NCBI GenBank assembly: GCA_000165345.1
Contig: CM000434.1
Coordinates: 288,001-352,000, forward strand
Direction of reading: 5' to 3'
Length of the DNA stretch: 64,000 nt
Under the pieces are notes generated by a model. The model saw nothing but the letters and a program-made list of their open reading frames with translations. It ran no database searches and was not told the DNA's origin. Below, piece by piece: positions 10,377 to 20,626 of this stretch. The position numbers and the translations under genes are program-made. How positions within the stretch are numbered: position 1 is the first letter of the stretch; each line of letters begins with the position of its first letter.

Positions 10377-11066
10377 CTATTCACAAGGTACAATCGCAAA
10401 TGAAATTATTGGCTTAAATGAACTTGGCAGAAATGTTTGTTCCATCTTTAATATACATTTATAATTTGCTCTTTTAAAAATTTCTAGAAAGCTTTCTTCT
10501 GTCCTAATAATACTTCCATCAATTGGATCTACCTCATCTTCATAAGAATCTGCATTGTCCTTAATGCATACAACTCGTTTAGTTCTGTTTGCACTAGTCT
10601 CATTGCAATTATCAAATGAATTTCTAATTCTTATAAGGAGATCTACAAACTCATCATCAGATAAGTACTGTAGTGCCCATTGGATCCAAATAAAATCATA
10701 TCTTCCATTGGCTGGATTAAAATCTTGGAGTTTTGAATGAATTAGCTCAATACAATCTGGGTTATTTTTTTTTGCAACAGTTAAATGTTTAAGTATCGGT
10801 TCATTCAAATCCATCTTCTTACAGTGTTTCATTAAATTCGGTGTTACACGACCAATTCCACACCCCGCATCTACTCCGTATTCAAAAAGTTCATCCTTTT
10901 TCATGCAAAGCCTTTTTTTTAACGTTTCGATAAAATATGTGCTATTGTCGATATCTATTTCGTGGATGTGTATAAATCCATCTAGCATGCCTTCGTTAGT
11001 TGAAGGTTGCTTCTCCCAAATCTCCTCAGAACGACAGAGGATTCTTCCATTATCTGTTTCCATCAT
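10377..11066 (-). CDS. Protein N-terminal (X-Pro-Lys) methyltransferase, NTMT1/Tae1 family
   Basis: Collinear with NTMT1: EGMLDGFIHIHEIDIDNSTYFI, DAGCGIGRVTPNLM (SAM motif I), YDFIWIQWALQYLSDDEFVDLL, VCIKDN. ATG verified (cat at 11064..11066). Confidence 0.8.
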   Translation of the reverse strand: MMETDNGRILCRSEEIWEKQPSTNEGMLDGFIHIHEIDIDNSTYFIETLKKRLCMKKDELFEYGVDAGCGIGRVTPNLMKHCKKMDLNEPILKHLTVAKKNNPDCIELIHSKLQDFNPANGRYDFIWIQWALQYLSDDEFVDLLIRIRNSFDNCNETSANRTKRVVCIKDNADSYEDEVDPIDGSIIRTEESFLEIFKRANYKCILKMEQTFLPSSFKPIISFAIVPCE

Positions 11067-11132
11067 TCAGCCTCTCTCTTTAAACCTAGTTTATTAATAT
11101 ATGAACTTGAATTTTAATAATATAAAACCTTA

Positions 11133-11140
11133 GGCGCCAA
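11133..11140 (-). promoter_or_regulatory. E2F-type motif TTGGCGCC (minus strand), 67-74 bp upstream of the NTMT ATG
   Basis: Plus strand reads GGCGCCAA. Confidence 0.5.
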
Positions 11141-12288
11141 CCACTAAATGTCAAACTTTACTCCATCAGCATAATAAGATTTGAATGACCACTTAATTTT
11201 GAAATACTCAATAGTTCCTATATTGTTAAAGAGAAAATTAAACTATATTGAATTTGAGGTATTTAACGTTACCTTTGTTGTGAGTTCAGATGCTGAATTT
11301 ATTTCCAAACTTTCTGTTTTCGTATTTGTATATATTTTTAAAGTCATTTTATGATACTTCCTATTTCTTGTAAATACCAATGCAATAATGAATAATACGA
11401 TATGAAGTATTATTCCAATAATTATTTTTGTCTTGAGTGTAACACTTTTCAGCATTAGCCTATATTTATTCATTTGCTGAATTATTATTGTTTTCTCATT
11501 AATTGGTAAAGTTTCTTTTTTCACTAATATACAGCCATTCAAATTAATGAAAGCTAAAATTTTACAAGAATAATTAAGTGATATGCTCTCAATTAAGTTT
11601 TTTTCTTTCTCGCAGTTGGATTGTTTCATTATTTTAATGTAAATATAATTGCATTTATTATCACTATTTGAATCCCAAGAATATAAAGTTTTATTTGAAT
11701 TACTTAAGATTTTAATAGGGTAAACACACTTAAATCTCCCAATTGTACTAATTAAAACATTTCTGTTTAGTATAGTCTCAAAATTATTACTGCATTTTAT
11801 TTTATCCACCAATATTTCACTGCCTTGTTCCAAATTTAACACTGCAGAACTTGTTTAAGTTTGTTTCAATACTAGACATGATTAAAATAACTTACTGTGA
11901 ATTAATGTCATTCAATTCAATAGCTAGTATACTGCTGACTAAGTAATATATAATAAATAAAGAATAAAATATCATATTCAATTTTTTAAAAAAATAAAAA
12001 AAAAAAATCAAATAACAAACATGCATTAAGCGTACAACTTTTTGCATGATTCAACTATCAACTACTTTTACATGCAATAATACAAATTATTTAAAATAAA
12101 TAAAAATAAATGCTTTGAAAATATCATTAAAAAAGTATTATTCTTATGTTCAATAATTAATGAAAAAAGTCAAATATGACTTACCGCCAAACATTAAATA
12201 GTTTATAAGTGAACAAAAACAAGTTTTTATGTAACATTAGTTCAACAAGGGTCTAAAACCAGGATATTATGAGGTTGATTTATAAAAT

Positions 12289-13578
12289 ATGGACAAAGAT
12301 TTTGATTACCCTTTAGATTGGAGAGAATTTTTAAATCGGATACTTCAGGAAAGTAGTAAATGCCGGAGCAAGATAACTAGTGTATTATTAATTGGACCAA
12401 AAAATAGTGGTAAAACGACATTTTGCCTTAAAATTGCAAAAGAATTTTTAAATAATAAAAGTTACCTGAATAATAATATTTATATTTTAGACTGCGATTT
12501 GGGTCAGCCCTTAGTGTCTCCAATGAGCTGTGTCAAATTAGTAAAATGGGATATAGAGGATATTTGCATTGGAAACTCAAAAAACATTAATATTTCACCT
12601 GAAGTAATGTTTTACATAGGAGGAAATAGCCCTATTACTCATCCTTTAAGGTATATAAAAGGATTAAAGCAATGTTTTGAATACATCAAAAGTATTGAAG
12701 AGGATAATATAATACTTATTCTAAACATGCCTGGATGGATTACAGGCGTAGGATTAGAAATCTCTTCGATTATTACTGCGTTTTCCATTGATATTTCAAA
12801 TAATGTTTATATTGGGTTTACAAGAGAATTTGAACCTAATACTAATAATTCTGAAGATAATTTTTCTTCTATGACGAGCTTCTATTCTTTCCCAGTTTTT
12901 GACTTGAATTTAGTGAAAAATATTAAAAACGAGGAATTTTCAATTGACAACCAACTAAAAACAAGAATATTTGTAAATACATTAAGTAATTTATATTCAA
13001 ATATAGAGATAAGGGAAATAAAGAAAAATGTTAATCCCCTCATTTTTTTTAATGAATATATGGGGTATTATTTATCAAAAAAACACATTCCCCAATATTT
13101 CTGTAAAACAGTACATTTCCCATTCAGCACCGTATGCATAATCCCTTGCCCAAGCACAACCTTAGCGAGTGAAGAATTGAAATTACACATACCGGCTAGA
13201 TTAACCAATTCAATTGTAGCTTTGTGTATTTTTAATGATGAAAAGCATAATTTTATTCCAGATCTTTCTGAGGAAGATCAAAAGTTTAATATTTTAGAAA
13301 CAAGAATTTTATTGCCTTGCATTGGGTTTGGAATAGTACATCACATTAACTATCAACTCAAAAATGTTGTTATAACTGCCCCTTGCTGGATACCTTCAAG
13401 TACTTTATCAAAAGTAAATGCTTTACAACTTACAGAAATGATGCTTCCTCAGAATTACTCTTTTAGTACTTCAAAGCCTTATATTTGTAATAAGCGATTT
13501 CTTGTAAAGGGAATTTCTTCAGGTGGGAAAGTTCCAAGTAGCCGTAAAAATTTAAAAAGAAAGATTCATAACATTTAG
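12289..13578 (+). CDS. Polynucleotide 5'-kinase of the Clp1/Grc3/NOL9 family (pre-rRNA processing)
   Basis: P-loop LLIGPKNSGKTTFC followed by the ILDCDLGQP motif typical of Grc3/Nol9/Clp1 kinases. ATG verified. Confidence 0.6.
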   Translation: MDKDFDYPLDWREFLNRILQESSKCRSKITSVLLIGPKNSGKTTFCLKIAKEFLNNKSYLNNNIYILDCDLGQPLVSPMSCVKLVKWDIEDICIGNSKNINISPEVMFYIGGNSPITHPLRYIKGLKQCFEYIKSIEEDNIILILNMPGWITGVGLEISSIITAFSIDISNNVYIGFTREFEPNTNNSEDNFSSMTSFYSFPVFDLNLVKNIKNEEFSIDNQLKTRIFVNTLSNLYSNIEIREIKKNVNPLIFFNEYMGYYLSKKHIPQYFCKTVHFPFSTVCIIPCPSTTLASEELKLHIPARLTNSIVALCIFNDEKHNFIPDLSEEDQKFNILETRILLPCIGFGIVHHINYQLKNVVITAPCWIPSSTLSKVNALQLTEMMLPQNYSFSTSKPYICNKRFLVKGISSGGKVPSSRKNLKRKIHNI

Positions 13579-13624
13579 AATTAAGATTTAACTAAACCAT
13601 TTTTTTATTTATTTTATCTATAGG

Positions 13625-14223
13625 TTATATCATTTTTGCTATTAATTTAATGAAACTCAAAATCTTCTCTTCGTTTATATCGCCTTTATTTTTAACTTCA
13701 TAAAAGAACACCACACTTATGTCTTCAAATAACGTTATTGCTAATCCAAAAGTATTTAAGCTATCTATTAGCCATATAACATCAGATGAATTTGAATCAA
13801 CTTCTTCGTTTTTAATATTAAACTGCTTACCCCACAAATCGATACTTAGCCCTTTCTTTTCTTCAGAGCTTTTATCAAAAAATTCTTGAATTTCTTCAAA
13901 AAAAAACTTTTCTATATTTGGGTGTAGAGATGTTTTCACATTCCATTCCTGAGCTTCGTAATTTTTTTTTGCTAATATGATTCCACGGTTTTGACTACAC
14001 CAAGATGGATATAGTGAAGTACATAGTTCATCCCAAGTATTAGAATCCAAATCATTAGGAGTTTCTAGTTTAATCCCCTGTCTTCTCTTCATTAACTTCT
14101 CTTGTTTGGGAATTTTTTTTTTGGATCTTTTTCCAAGTTTCTTTACCCTAAGTTTGAATTTATAAAGCACACATTAACAAGTGTTCAACATTACCTCAAT
14201 GAAGCATGCTCTTTTTCACTCAT
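13625..14223 (-). CDS. Hypothetical ~183 aa basic protein. Proposed 2-exon model: exon 1 is 14223..14195 (MSEKEHASL-R), the intron is 14194..14148 (GTAATG...CTTAG, 47 nt), and exon 2 is 14147..13625.
   Basis: The track ORF (end 14170) begins on GTG, not ATG. An in-frame ATG micro-exon 25 nt upstream joins through a GTAATG donor and a TAG acceptor and restores the frame (…TTG AG|G GTA AAG…). The only ATG inside the unspliced ORF is at residue 27. Confidence 0.35.
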
Positions 14224-14407
14224 TTTAACCAAATTAACAGCTATGATTTGACCTAGCTTAGTTCTTAATTGTATTTGACTATGAAAGCTAATTATATTCA
14301 ATTTATTTTAGCATGCCTAAAATAAATCTAAATATAAATTTATTTAGAGAATAAAAAAGGCGCTTGGAGTGCTTGTGATTATTTCAAAGATAAAAAAAAA
14401 TTTTCTG

Positions 14408-16012
14408 ATGGATAGCAAATCTCAATTGAAAGCAATTAAAAGAAAGGTAATAGATTTAATAATAAAGCTTGGAGAAGATGAGTTGATACTTAAGCAAACA
14501 GCCATCACAAATATTGGTATACTCTTGAAAGAATTAAAAACTAAGCCAATAGAAAATGTTAAACAAATTTTGGTGGAAGTGCTAATGAGCATAATAGCAT
14601 ACTCATCAGTAGATTCCAGGATCCAAAATTTAGATCAATTAGTCTCAGATATCCCACAAATTGTAAATCTTCCAAATATTATTCGTTTTCAATCAATGAC
14701 AGTTCTTTTAGATTCTTGTTATAATGAGCTCGATATTATTAGGAGGTTATCATCTATAGTTGTTAGTGGAGGTGGGGCTGAAAACTCTGAATATTCGATT
14801 CCAGCAAATGTAATTAGACCGCTCTTGGAGAAGATAGTAAAAAAACATAATAATGATTCACAGGTCATTAATGAAACAGTCAACTTTTTATTTTATAATA
14901 AAGAATGTATAAATAATATGATAGAGATTTGTTTTAACATCAAAGAATACAATCTATTATATAAATTCCTTTTGATTATTCTTCCTGTTATTGATTTAAA
15001 TACTTTGGCGAAGATTTTTAATTATCTTAATTTAAAAATAACATTCAATTTACAGAACTTTAGTCACAATCATGACTTTAATATCAAAGTTATCAATATT
15101 CTTTATTTAATGATGGTTAATACTAGATGCGAATTCTCAATAATTAATATTTTGATGGCTACAATTCCAATTATTAATATTCAAAAAGAAATCAACTTTA
15201 CTATTTTATCTTTGATTATTCTAACATCTCTAGTGGAGAATTCGAGTCAAGAGGAACTATCTAATAACTTGAGCGACCCAATCCAAATGATTAAATTATT
15301 AAAATTAACTCTTGAATATGGAGGAATCAAAGGGATTATTTCTAGGAAACTTGATAACATTAGAGATCTTATGTTTGTTACTCTTACAATATTATTGTAT
15401 AAATCTAAAGATATTTCAGAGTTTGAAATTCTTATGGAAGTTATCGAATTATTCTTGAATAACTTCAGTAAAATTAATGTTCTTACATTAATATCAGCAT
15501 TAGTTTATCATGTTAAAGGGAATTTAGTTGAAGATGATTACTTTTGTACTTGTTCAAAGAATATTTTAAAGGAGAAATTTAAATTTAATGGGATAGACAA
15601 ACTGAAAAATATAGAGTTCATTTATTCTTCAATTAACAATTTCTCAGGAGAAAATATTTATCATGAGATTAACGCATTATTAGTTGAAGGTAATCAGAAG
15701 TTTGATCAAAAAGAATTAACCAATCATTTTGAAAATATCAAGATTGAATTAATCAGTATTATCTACAATGGATTATATTCAGCGTTGAATTATCATAAAA
15801 TACGCTATCTATTAAAAAATAAATTACTTAACAATTATATTTATGATGATATATATTGCTTTTCAATTATAAGTATACTTTTAGAAATGGTTACAAAGTA
15901 TATTGAAAGCAAAAACCCAAAACTTTGCGAAGAGATCATTGAAATTATTCAAACAATTTTTATATTCAAAAGTCGGTACCAAGTTAGGAAGTATGATTCT
16001 TTCCCTCCTTAA
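14408..16012 (+). CDS. Hypothetical Leu/Ile-rich helical protein (534 aa from the first ATG). It may be the 5' part of the following gene.
   Basis: The track start at 14369 is GTG; the first in-frame ATG is at 14408. Long ORF, no recognisable domain. It sits 122 bp upstream of a same-strand 1486-aa ORF. Confidence 0.5.
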   Translation: MDSKSQLKAIKRKVIDLIIKLGEDELILKQTAITNIGILLKELKTKPIENVKQILVEVLMSIIAYSSVDSRIQNLDQLVSDIPQIVNLPNIIRFQSMTVLLDSCYNELDIIRRLSSIVVSGGGAENSEYSIPANVIRPLLEKIVKKHNNDSQVINETVNFLFYNKECINNMIEICFNIKEYNLLYKFLLIILPVIDLNTLAKIFNYLNLKITFNLQNFSHNHDFNIKVINILYLMMVNTRCEFSIINILMATIPIINIQKEINFTILSLIILTSLVENSSQEELSNNLSDPIQMIKLLKLTLEYGGIKGIISRKLDNIRDLMFVTLTILLYKSKDISEFEILMEVIELFLNNFSKINVLTLISALVYHVKGNLVEDDYFCTCSKNILKEKFKFNGIDKLKNIEFIYSSINNFSGENIYHEINALLVEGNQKFDQKELTNHFENIKIELISIIYNGLYSALNYHKIRYLLKNKLLNNYIYDDIYCFSIISILLEMVTKYIESKNPKLCEEIIEIIQTIFIFKSRYQVRKYDSFPP

Positions 16013-16134
16013 TAAGGAATTTATTTTTAAAACAATTTGAAGAAAACCATTGCAAGTGCTTACACTTATCACCTATTCGGTGATTTCCTTCTGTAATAAC
16101 AAAAACCATTATCCCAATAGTATATAATAAGATA

Positions 16135-19100
16135 ATGTCCTCTGAAAGTCAACCTAATACAAGGATTTTAGAGAAAATATATCACTTATTTCTGAAAGGT
16201 GAATTACCTTATTCCAAATTGGAGAATCTCTTAATTAATCAAATAGATAGTGAACTATCAAATAATAGTAACTATTTGGATAAATTTCAAAATGGAATTA
16301 AGATTCTCTTTTGTGTTATAAGGTATAAGCCAGATATAGTTGATGAAGTTATTATTGAAAAAATACAAAAAGGATTAAATTCAAAGAACAAAATGGTTGT
16401 TTCTTATTCTCTTCATTGTTTGATTGAGCTTTGCAAATTCGGAATCATTGACTACGATAAGTGTATTGGAATACTTCTTGCATTACACTCTAATATTTTA
16501 ATTATTGATTTTGATCTACCGAATAATATCAGTCAATTAAAAGTTAAAGATAATCAAAATTTTGGAGTAAATAATTTTACATATCCAATTGAAGTAATTT
16601 CTAGCTTTCTAAGATTTTTTGGACTTTATATTGATCAAAAATGGCCATCAGAAGAAGAATCTTATCAGAAAAAAGTCCCTAATAATTTGTTTTATATTTT
16701 GTCAATGATAACAAAGATTATCAAGGATAGAGCAGGGCTTGAATCAGTTTATTGTCTTAGTATATTTTCAAGAATAATACTCGATTTTTTTTATCAGCAT
16801 GTAAATATGGATATTACTTTAAACAGTTTTCTATCATGGTGTATTGAATCAATTTTTTCGAATAAAATAGGTAACTTTCTTAATTTACTAGATTTGTTAC
16901 AGCAATTCATTGATATTATACGGAATTGTAATGGAATAGACTTTAATACATTACAATTCTTTCTTTTAAGCATTTCAAACCCTTTAAAAACTATTTTAAA
17001 CTTTGAATTAATAAATGAGAATTTTTATTTAAAAAAACAGACAAATAACCAGCAATTTGGAATGTATATTATTAATATTAAATGCAGTGAGATGGATGAT
17101 TTAGATATTAAAGATACTTTTCTTGAAAACATAAAAGGTAACCCAAAAAATAAAGAGTCTGGTGAATTGATTTTGAACAAATTGAAATCGATTAAAGCTA
17201 AAACAACTCACAACTATTATATACAAGAAATTCTTGGACTTTTTTTATTTGATTCAAAACAAGTAAGAATTGAGGTAATGAGGAATATTGATAAAATTAA
17301 CATTGTTGAATTTAGAATTGCAATACTAAAAGATTTTTTTAAGTTTATTCGTAATATTAAGTTGATTTGTTGTACAACATTTCAATGGCAGATGGTTTTC
17401 CAATTTATCAAGATATTAAAAGAATACTTCAATCAATTGGAATTCATTTTTATTGAGTTAATTCCGAGATCAAAAAATAAAAGTAATACTGGCAACATTG
17501 AAGAAGAGACTTTATTCTTATTCCTATTTTTTTTATCTTATCTTCCTTCAACAAACAATTCAAATTCAATATTTGATGATTATACAGATTTAATGAGAAA
17601 ATGCAAGCTTATAAGAGAAGGTGAAAAACAATTATTTGATGAACTTTTTATTGAAAATCAAGCTATCTTAATATTATTTTTATCATCTCTTGTGATTCTA
17701 AGATATGATATACTAGCTCAACTTTATAAAAGTTATATTTCAGAAATCGTAAATATTGAAATATTACCAAACAAATTATTTATCGCATTTGTGAATTCTG
17801 ATATAATAATAAATAAATATTTTTCAAATAAGAATTCCCTATTACAATACTTTACAACCAAGAAATCAATAAGTTTGGAAAAAAGCGTAATAATTCTAGC
17901 TTTTCAAAAACAATACTATGTTAATAAAGAAATTAATAGTATTGATTTTATTTCGTGTTTATTAAAGCACTTACACCAGCATAATGTAAATCATTTTGAT
18001 ACATTAAAGAATTACTTTGAATTAGTTAATGAGAATTACAATTTCAAAATTTTTACATGCATTGGAACTGAAAAGCAGCTTTTAGATCAAATCTGCATAG
18101 TTTCAAATGCTAACCTAATCAACAGTTATGCATTTGGCGTTTTCTCATTCTTTGATTTGGCATTTGATACTTTTTCTGGAAAAGATGAGTTACTGGATCA
18201 TGTACTTTATCTTTATAATCTTTCTGAAAATAATGACCCAAGAGACATTAAGAATTTGGTTTTCAAAACGGCATCTTTAGTTAAACTATTTCAGTATAAA
18301 ATGATCACAGTTTATGAAATAATTGATTTTATTAATTGCTATTTCATTTTAAATGATAATAATAACAGTGGAACCACACAAGATATTAATTTTCAATTTG
18401 GATTAATTAAAGCATTTTGTTTTTCTTATATAAACTATTACTTGAAAAAAATTATTGCCACAAATAGTAAGCCATTATTAAAGAATGAGCAAGCCTTAAT
18501 GATTGAAGAATATGCTATTGTGAATATGAATATCGTAAAATATCTTATTTCAGCGATATTTTACGAAAATAGCACCAATGACAATCAGGCATTTATAATT
18601 TCTTGCATTAAACTATCGAAAGGATGTTACTGGGTACCTTGGGTATCTTTCTTATATAATGAATCTGTAAATAACTTTGATATATTAAATGATGTATGCG
18701 GAACAATTTATAAAAATCAACTTTCCAGCATTAAAACTGAAAATAAAAATATAAAAGGGCACGACAAATACTCAAATATTGATTTACTTTTACAATCTTG
18801 TTCTAATGACCCAATAAAAATGAGTATTTGCACACTATTATTATCAATAGAAGTAATTAATTTGTCTAATTCTTTAGAAAACGAATTCAATTTTCACAAT
18901 AAGGAAAGATATTTTGATATTAAAATGTTAAACAAAAATTCACTTTTTTTTGTATCAATTTTAAAGTTTGATAGCTATACATTTAGATTGAAGAATCTAA
19001 TAGAAGAGACTGAACTTAATAAAATAAGATTAAATTTGAAGGAAATTAATATTTTACAAGAATTAATAATGGTTGGTGTTATAATTGAACTTTTTGAAAG

Positions 19101-20595
19101 TATGAAAATTTGTGAACTTTTAACAAATTTTGATATATCAAACTCACTTGAAGTTATTCTTTTTCAAGTAATCATTCCATTATGCGAATTGATTTTATTA
19201 AAAAATGGGCAAAATGATGAAAACCAGCTAATACTAGAATGGTTTATTGTTTTGGTTACAAAATTTCTTATCTCCTATTTAAATTCAAATAACAGTTTTT
19301 CACGAAAAGTTATCGAATTTGGTTATTTGCTTATTAATATTTTCAAGAATTTTAATTTCAATGACTTAGTTATGCTTTCTTTCACAAGAATTGTTGGAGT
19401 TGTTTTATTTACAAGTGATTCAAATTTTTCTCTTTTGTATGAGTTTATTATTAATATTTTTGAGACATTGGAAAATTTAGACAGTTATGAAATGCAAATT
19501 ACCTCGTTTTTTGTTAATTTGAATTCAGTCTTTAATTCTGTAGTTGTTTCAAAAAAACCTCGAATTTATGTTAAAATAGAAGTTTTGATCAATTCATTGG
19601 GAGAAATATCTTATAAATTACACAAATTTTATAATAAACCAATTCTAAACTCTTTTAAGCTGTTAATCAATACAATCTATGATTTTTTAAATTCTAATAA
19701 TCAGAAAAACATCATTTCAAATCTATTTAAAAACATTCATCCACTCCTTCTTGATGGACTTGTACTTGAAAATAAACTTTCTATCAACATTATTCATGAA
19801 TTTTATCTAAGTCTTGAAATTGACGAAATCAATTATGAAATAATATCTTTGGCAAATTTTTATTATTTATATTCGTTGAAAGATAAATCAGCTGAGACAG
19901 AAATTTTAAACTTCTTATATAAAGACTTTATTGAGTCAGGAAGTACGTCTATAAAACGTATTGTGGTAATAACTAGTTTACTTTCATTCATACTGATTCC
20001 TGATTCTACTTCTTTTCCATTTAACTATTGTTCGAATAAAGATCCAAAACATTACTATATTACTAATTCAGAAAAAAACTTATTGAATAATTGGATAGAC
20101 CTATGTTACTTATATTTACTTGATTTAGAAGATAATCCAAAATTAAGAGCTTGGAATGAACTTTTTATTAATAATGAAGGAATAATTTTCATGTCAAAAT
20201 TTTACTATTTAATTAAACAACAACTATTTTCGAGCATTGATACAAGCTTATTTAATGAAAAAGATATTATTTCCTTCTCTTTATATGAATTTCCTGAAAT
20301 TTTCTTATTTGAATTGGACTCACAAGTAAATTTTGATACTTGGAGGAAGTCAATTCCAAGTTTAATTTCTCATTCAAAATATAAAAAAGTTAACATTGAA
20401 CTGCCTCTACACCAATATAGTAATAGATTTTTACTTGAAATTTCTCACAAAATACTTTTCAAGCTGAGTATGGAGAATTTAAAAACTTCACTTGCACAAT
20501 TCAAAGATATATTAAATGTCATTATAAAAAAACTTATAGAAACTAATGATATTAACAAATTAAATAATGAAATGAATTTGAATAGGCCTTATTAG
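16135..20595 (+). CDS. Hypothetical large (1486 aa) helical-repeat-like protein
   Basis: ATG verified at 16135 and a long uninterrupted ORF. Leu/Ile/Asn/Phe-rich composition suggests an alpha-solenoid. No motif recognised. Confidence 0.55.
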   Translation: MSSESQPNTRILEKIYHLFLKGELPYSKLENLLINQIDSELSNNSNYLDKFQNGIKILFCVIRYKPDIVDEVIIEKIQKGLNSKNKMVVSYSLHCLIELCKFGIIDYDKCIGILLALHSNILIIDFDLPNNISQLKVKDNQNFGVNNFTYPIEVISSFLRFFGLYIDQKWPSEEESYQKKVPNNLFYILSMITKIIKDRAGLESVYCLSIFSRIILDFFYQHVNMDITLNSFLSWCIESIFSNKIGNFLNLLDLLQQFIDIIRNCNGIDFNTLQFFLLSISNPLKTILNFELINENFYLKKQTNNQQFGMYIINIKCSEMDDLDIKDTFLENIKGNPKNKESGELILNKLKSIKAKTTHNYYIQEILGLFLFDSKQVRIEVMRNIDKINIVEFRIAILKDFFKFIRNIKLICCTTFQWQMVFQFIKILKEYFNQLEFIFIELIPRSKNKSNTGNIEEETLFLFLFFLSYLPSTNNSNSIFDDYTDLMRKCKLIREGEKQLFDELFIENQAILILFLSSLVILRYDILAQLYKSYISEIVNIEILPNKLFIAFVNSDIIINKYFSNKNSLLQYFTTKKSISLEKSVIILAFQKQYYVNKEINSIDFISCLLKHLHQHNVNHFDTLKNYFELVNENYNFKIFTCIGTEKQLLDQICIVSNANLINSYAFGVFSFFDLAFDTFSGKDELLDHVLYLYNLSENNDPRDIKNLVFKTASLVKLFQYKMITVYEIIDFINCYFILNDNNNSGTTQDINFQFGLIKAFCFSYINYYLKKIIATNSKPLLKNEQALMIEEYAIVNMNIVKYLISAIFYENSTNDNQAFIISCIKLSKGCYWVPWVSFLYNESVNNFDILNDVCGTIYKNQLSSIKTENKNIKGHDKYSNIDLLLQSCSNDPIKMSICTLLLSIEVINLSNSLENEFNFHNKERYFDIKMLNKNSLFFVSILKFDSYTFRLKNLIEETELNKIRLNLKEINILQELIMVGVIIELFESMKICELLTNFDISNSLEVILFQVIIPLCELILLKNGQNDENQLILEWFIVLVTKFLISYLNSNNSFSRKVIEFGYLLINIFKNFNFNDLVMLSFTRIVGVVLFTSDSNFSLLYEFIINIFETLENLDSYEMQITSFFVNLNSVFNSVVVSKKPRIYVKIEVLINSLGEISYKLHKFYNKPILNSFKLLINTIYDFLNSNNQKNIISNLFKNIHPLLLDGLVLENKLSINIIHEFYLSLEIDEINYEIISLANFYYLYSLKDKSAETEILNFLYKDFIESGSTSIKRIVVITSLLSFILIPDSTSFPFNYCSNKDPKHYYITNSEKNLLNNWIDLCYLYLLDLEDNPKLRAWNELFINNEGIIFMSKFYYLIKQQLFSSIDTSLFNEKDIISFSLYEFPEIFLFELDSQVNFDTWRKSIPSLISHSKYKKVNIELPLHQYSNRFLLEISHKILFKLSMENLKTSLAQFKDILNVIIKKLIETNDINKLNNEMNLNRPY

Positions 20596-20626
20596 GTTAA
20601 AAAAACAAAAAATAATCTTCTTTCAA

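Noticed and set aside
11243-11842. 199-aa minus-strand ORF with a C-terminal TM
   Set aside because: The track start is GTG (cac at 11840..11842), and the first in-frame ATG is about 70 codons in. It may be part of a spliced gene, but I could not build a supported model, so it is not called.
15984-16121. Possible intron joining ORF 14408..16012 to ORF 16135..20595
   Set aside because: I tested the GTATGA (15991) and GTTAGG (15984) donors with the CAATAG acceptor (16119). The frames do not join, or the donor is non-consensus. The link is left open as a finding.
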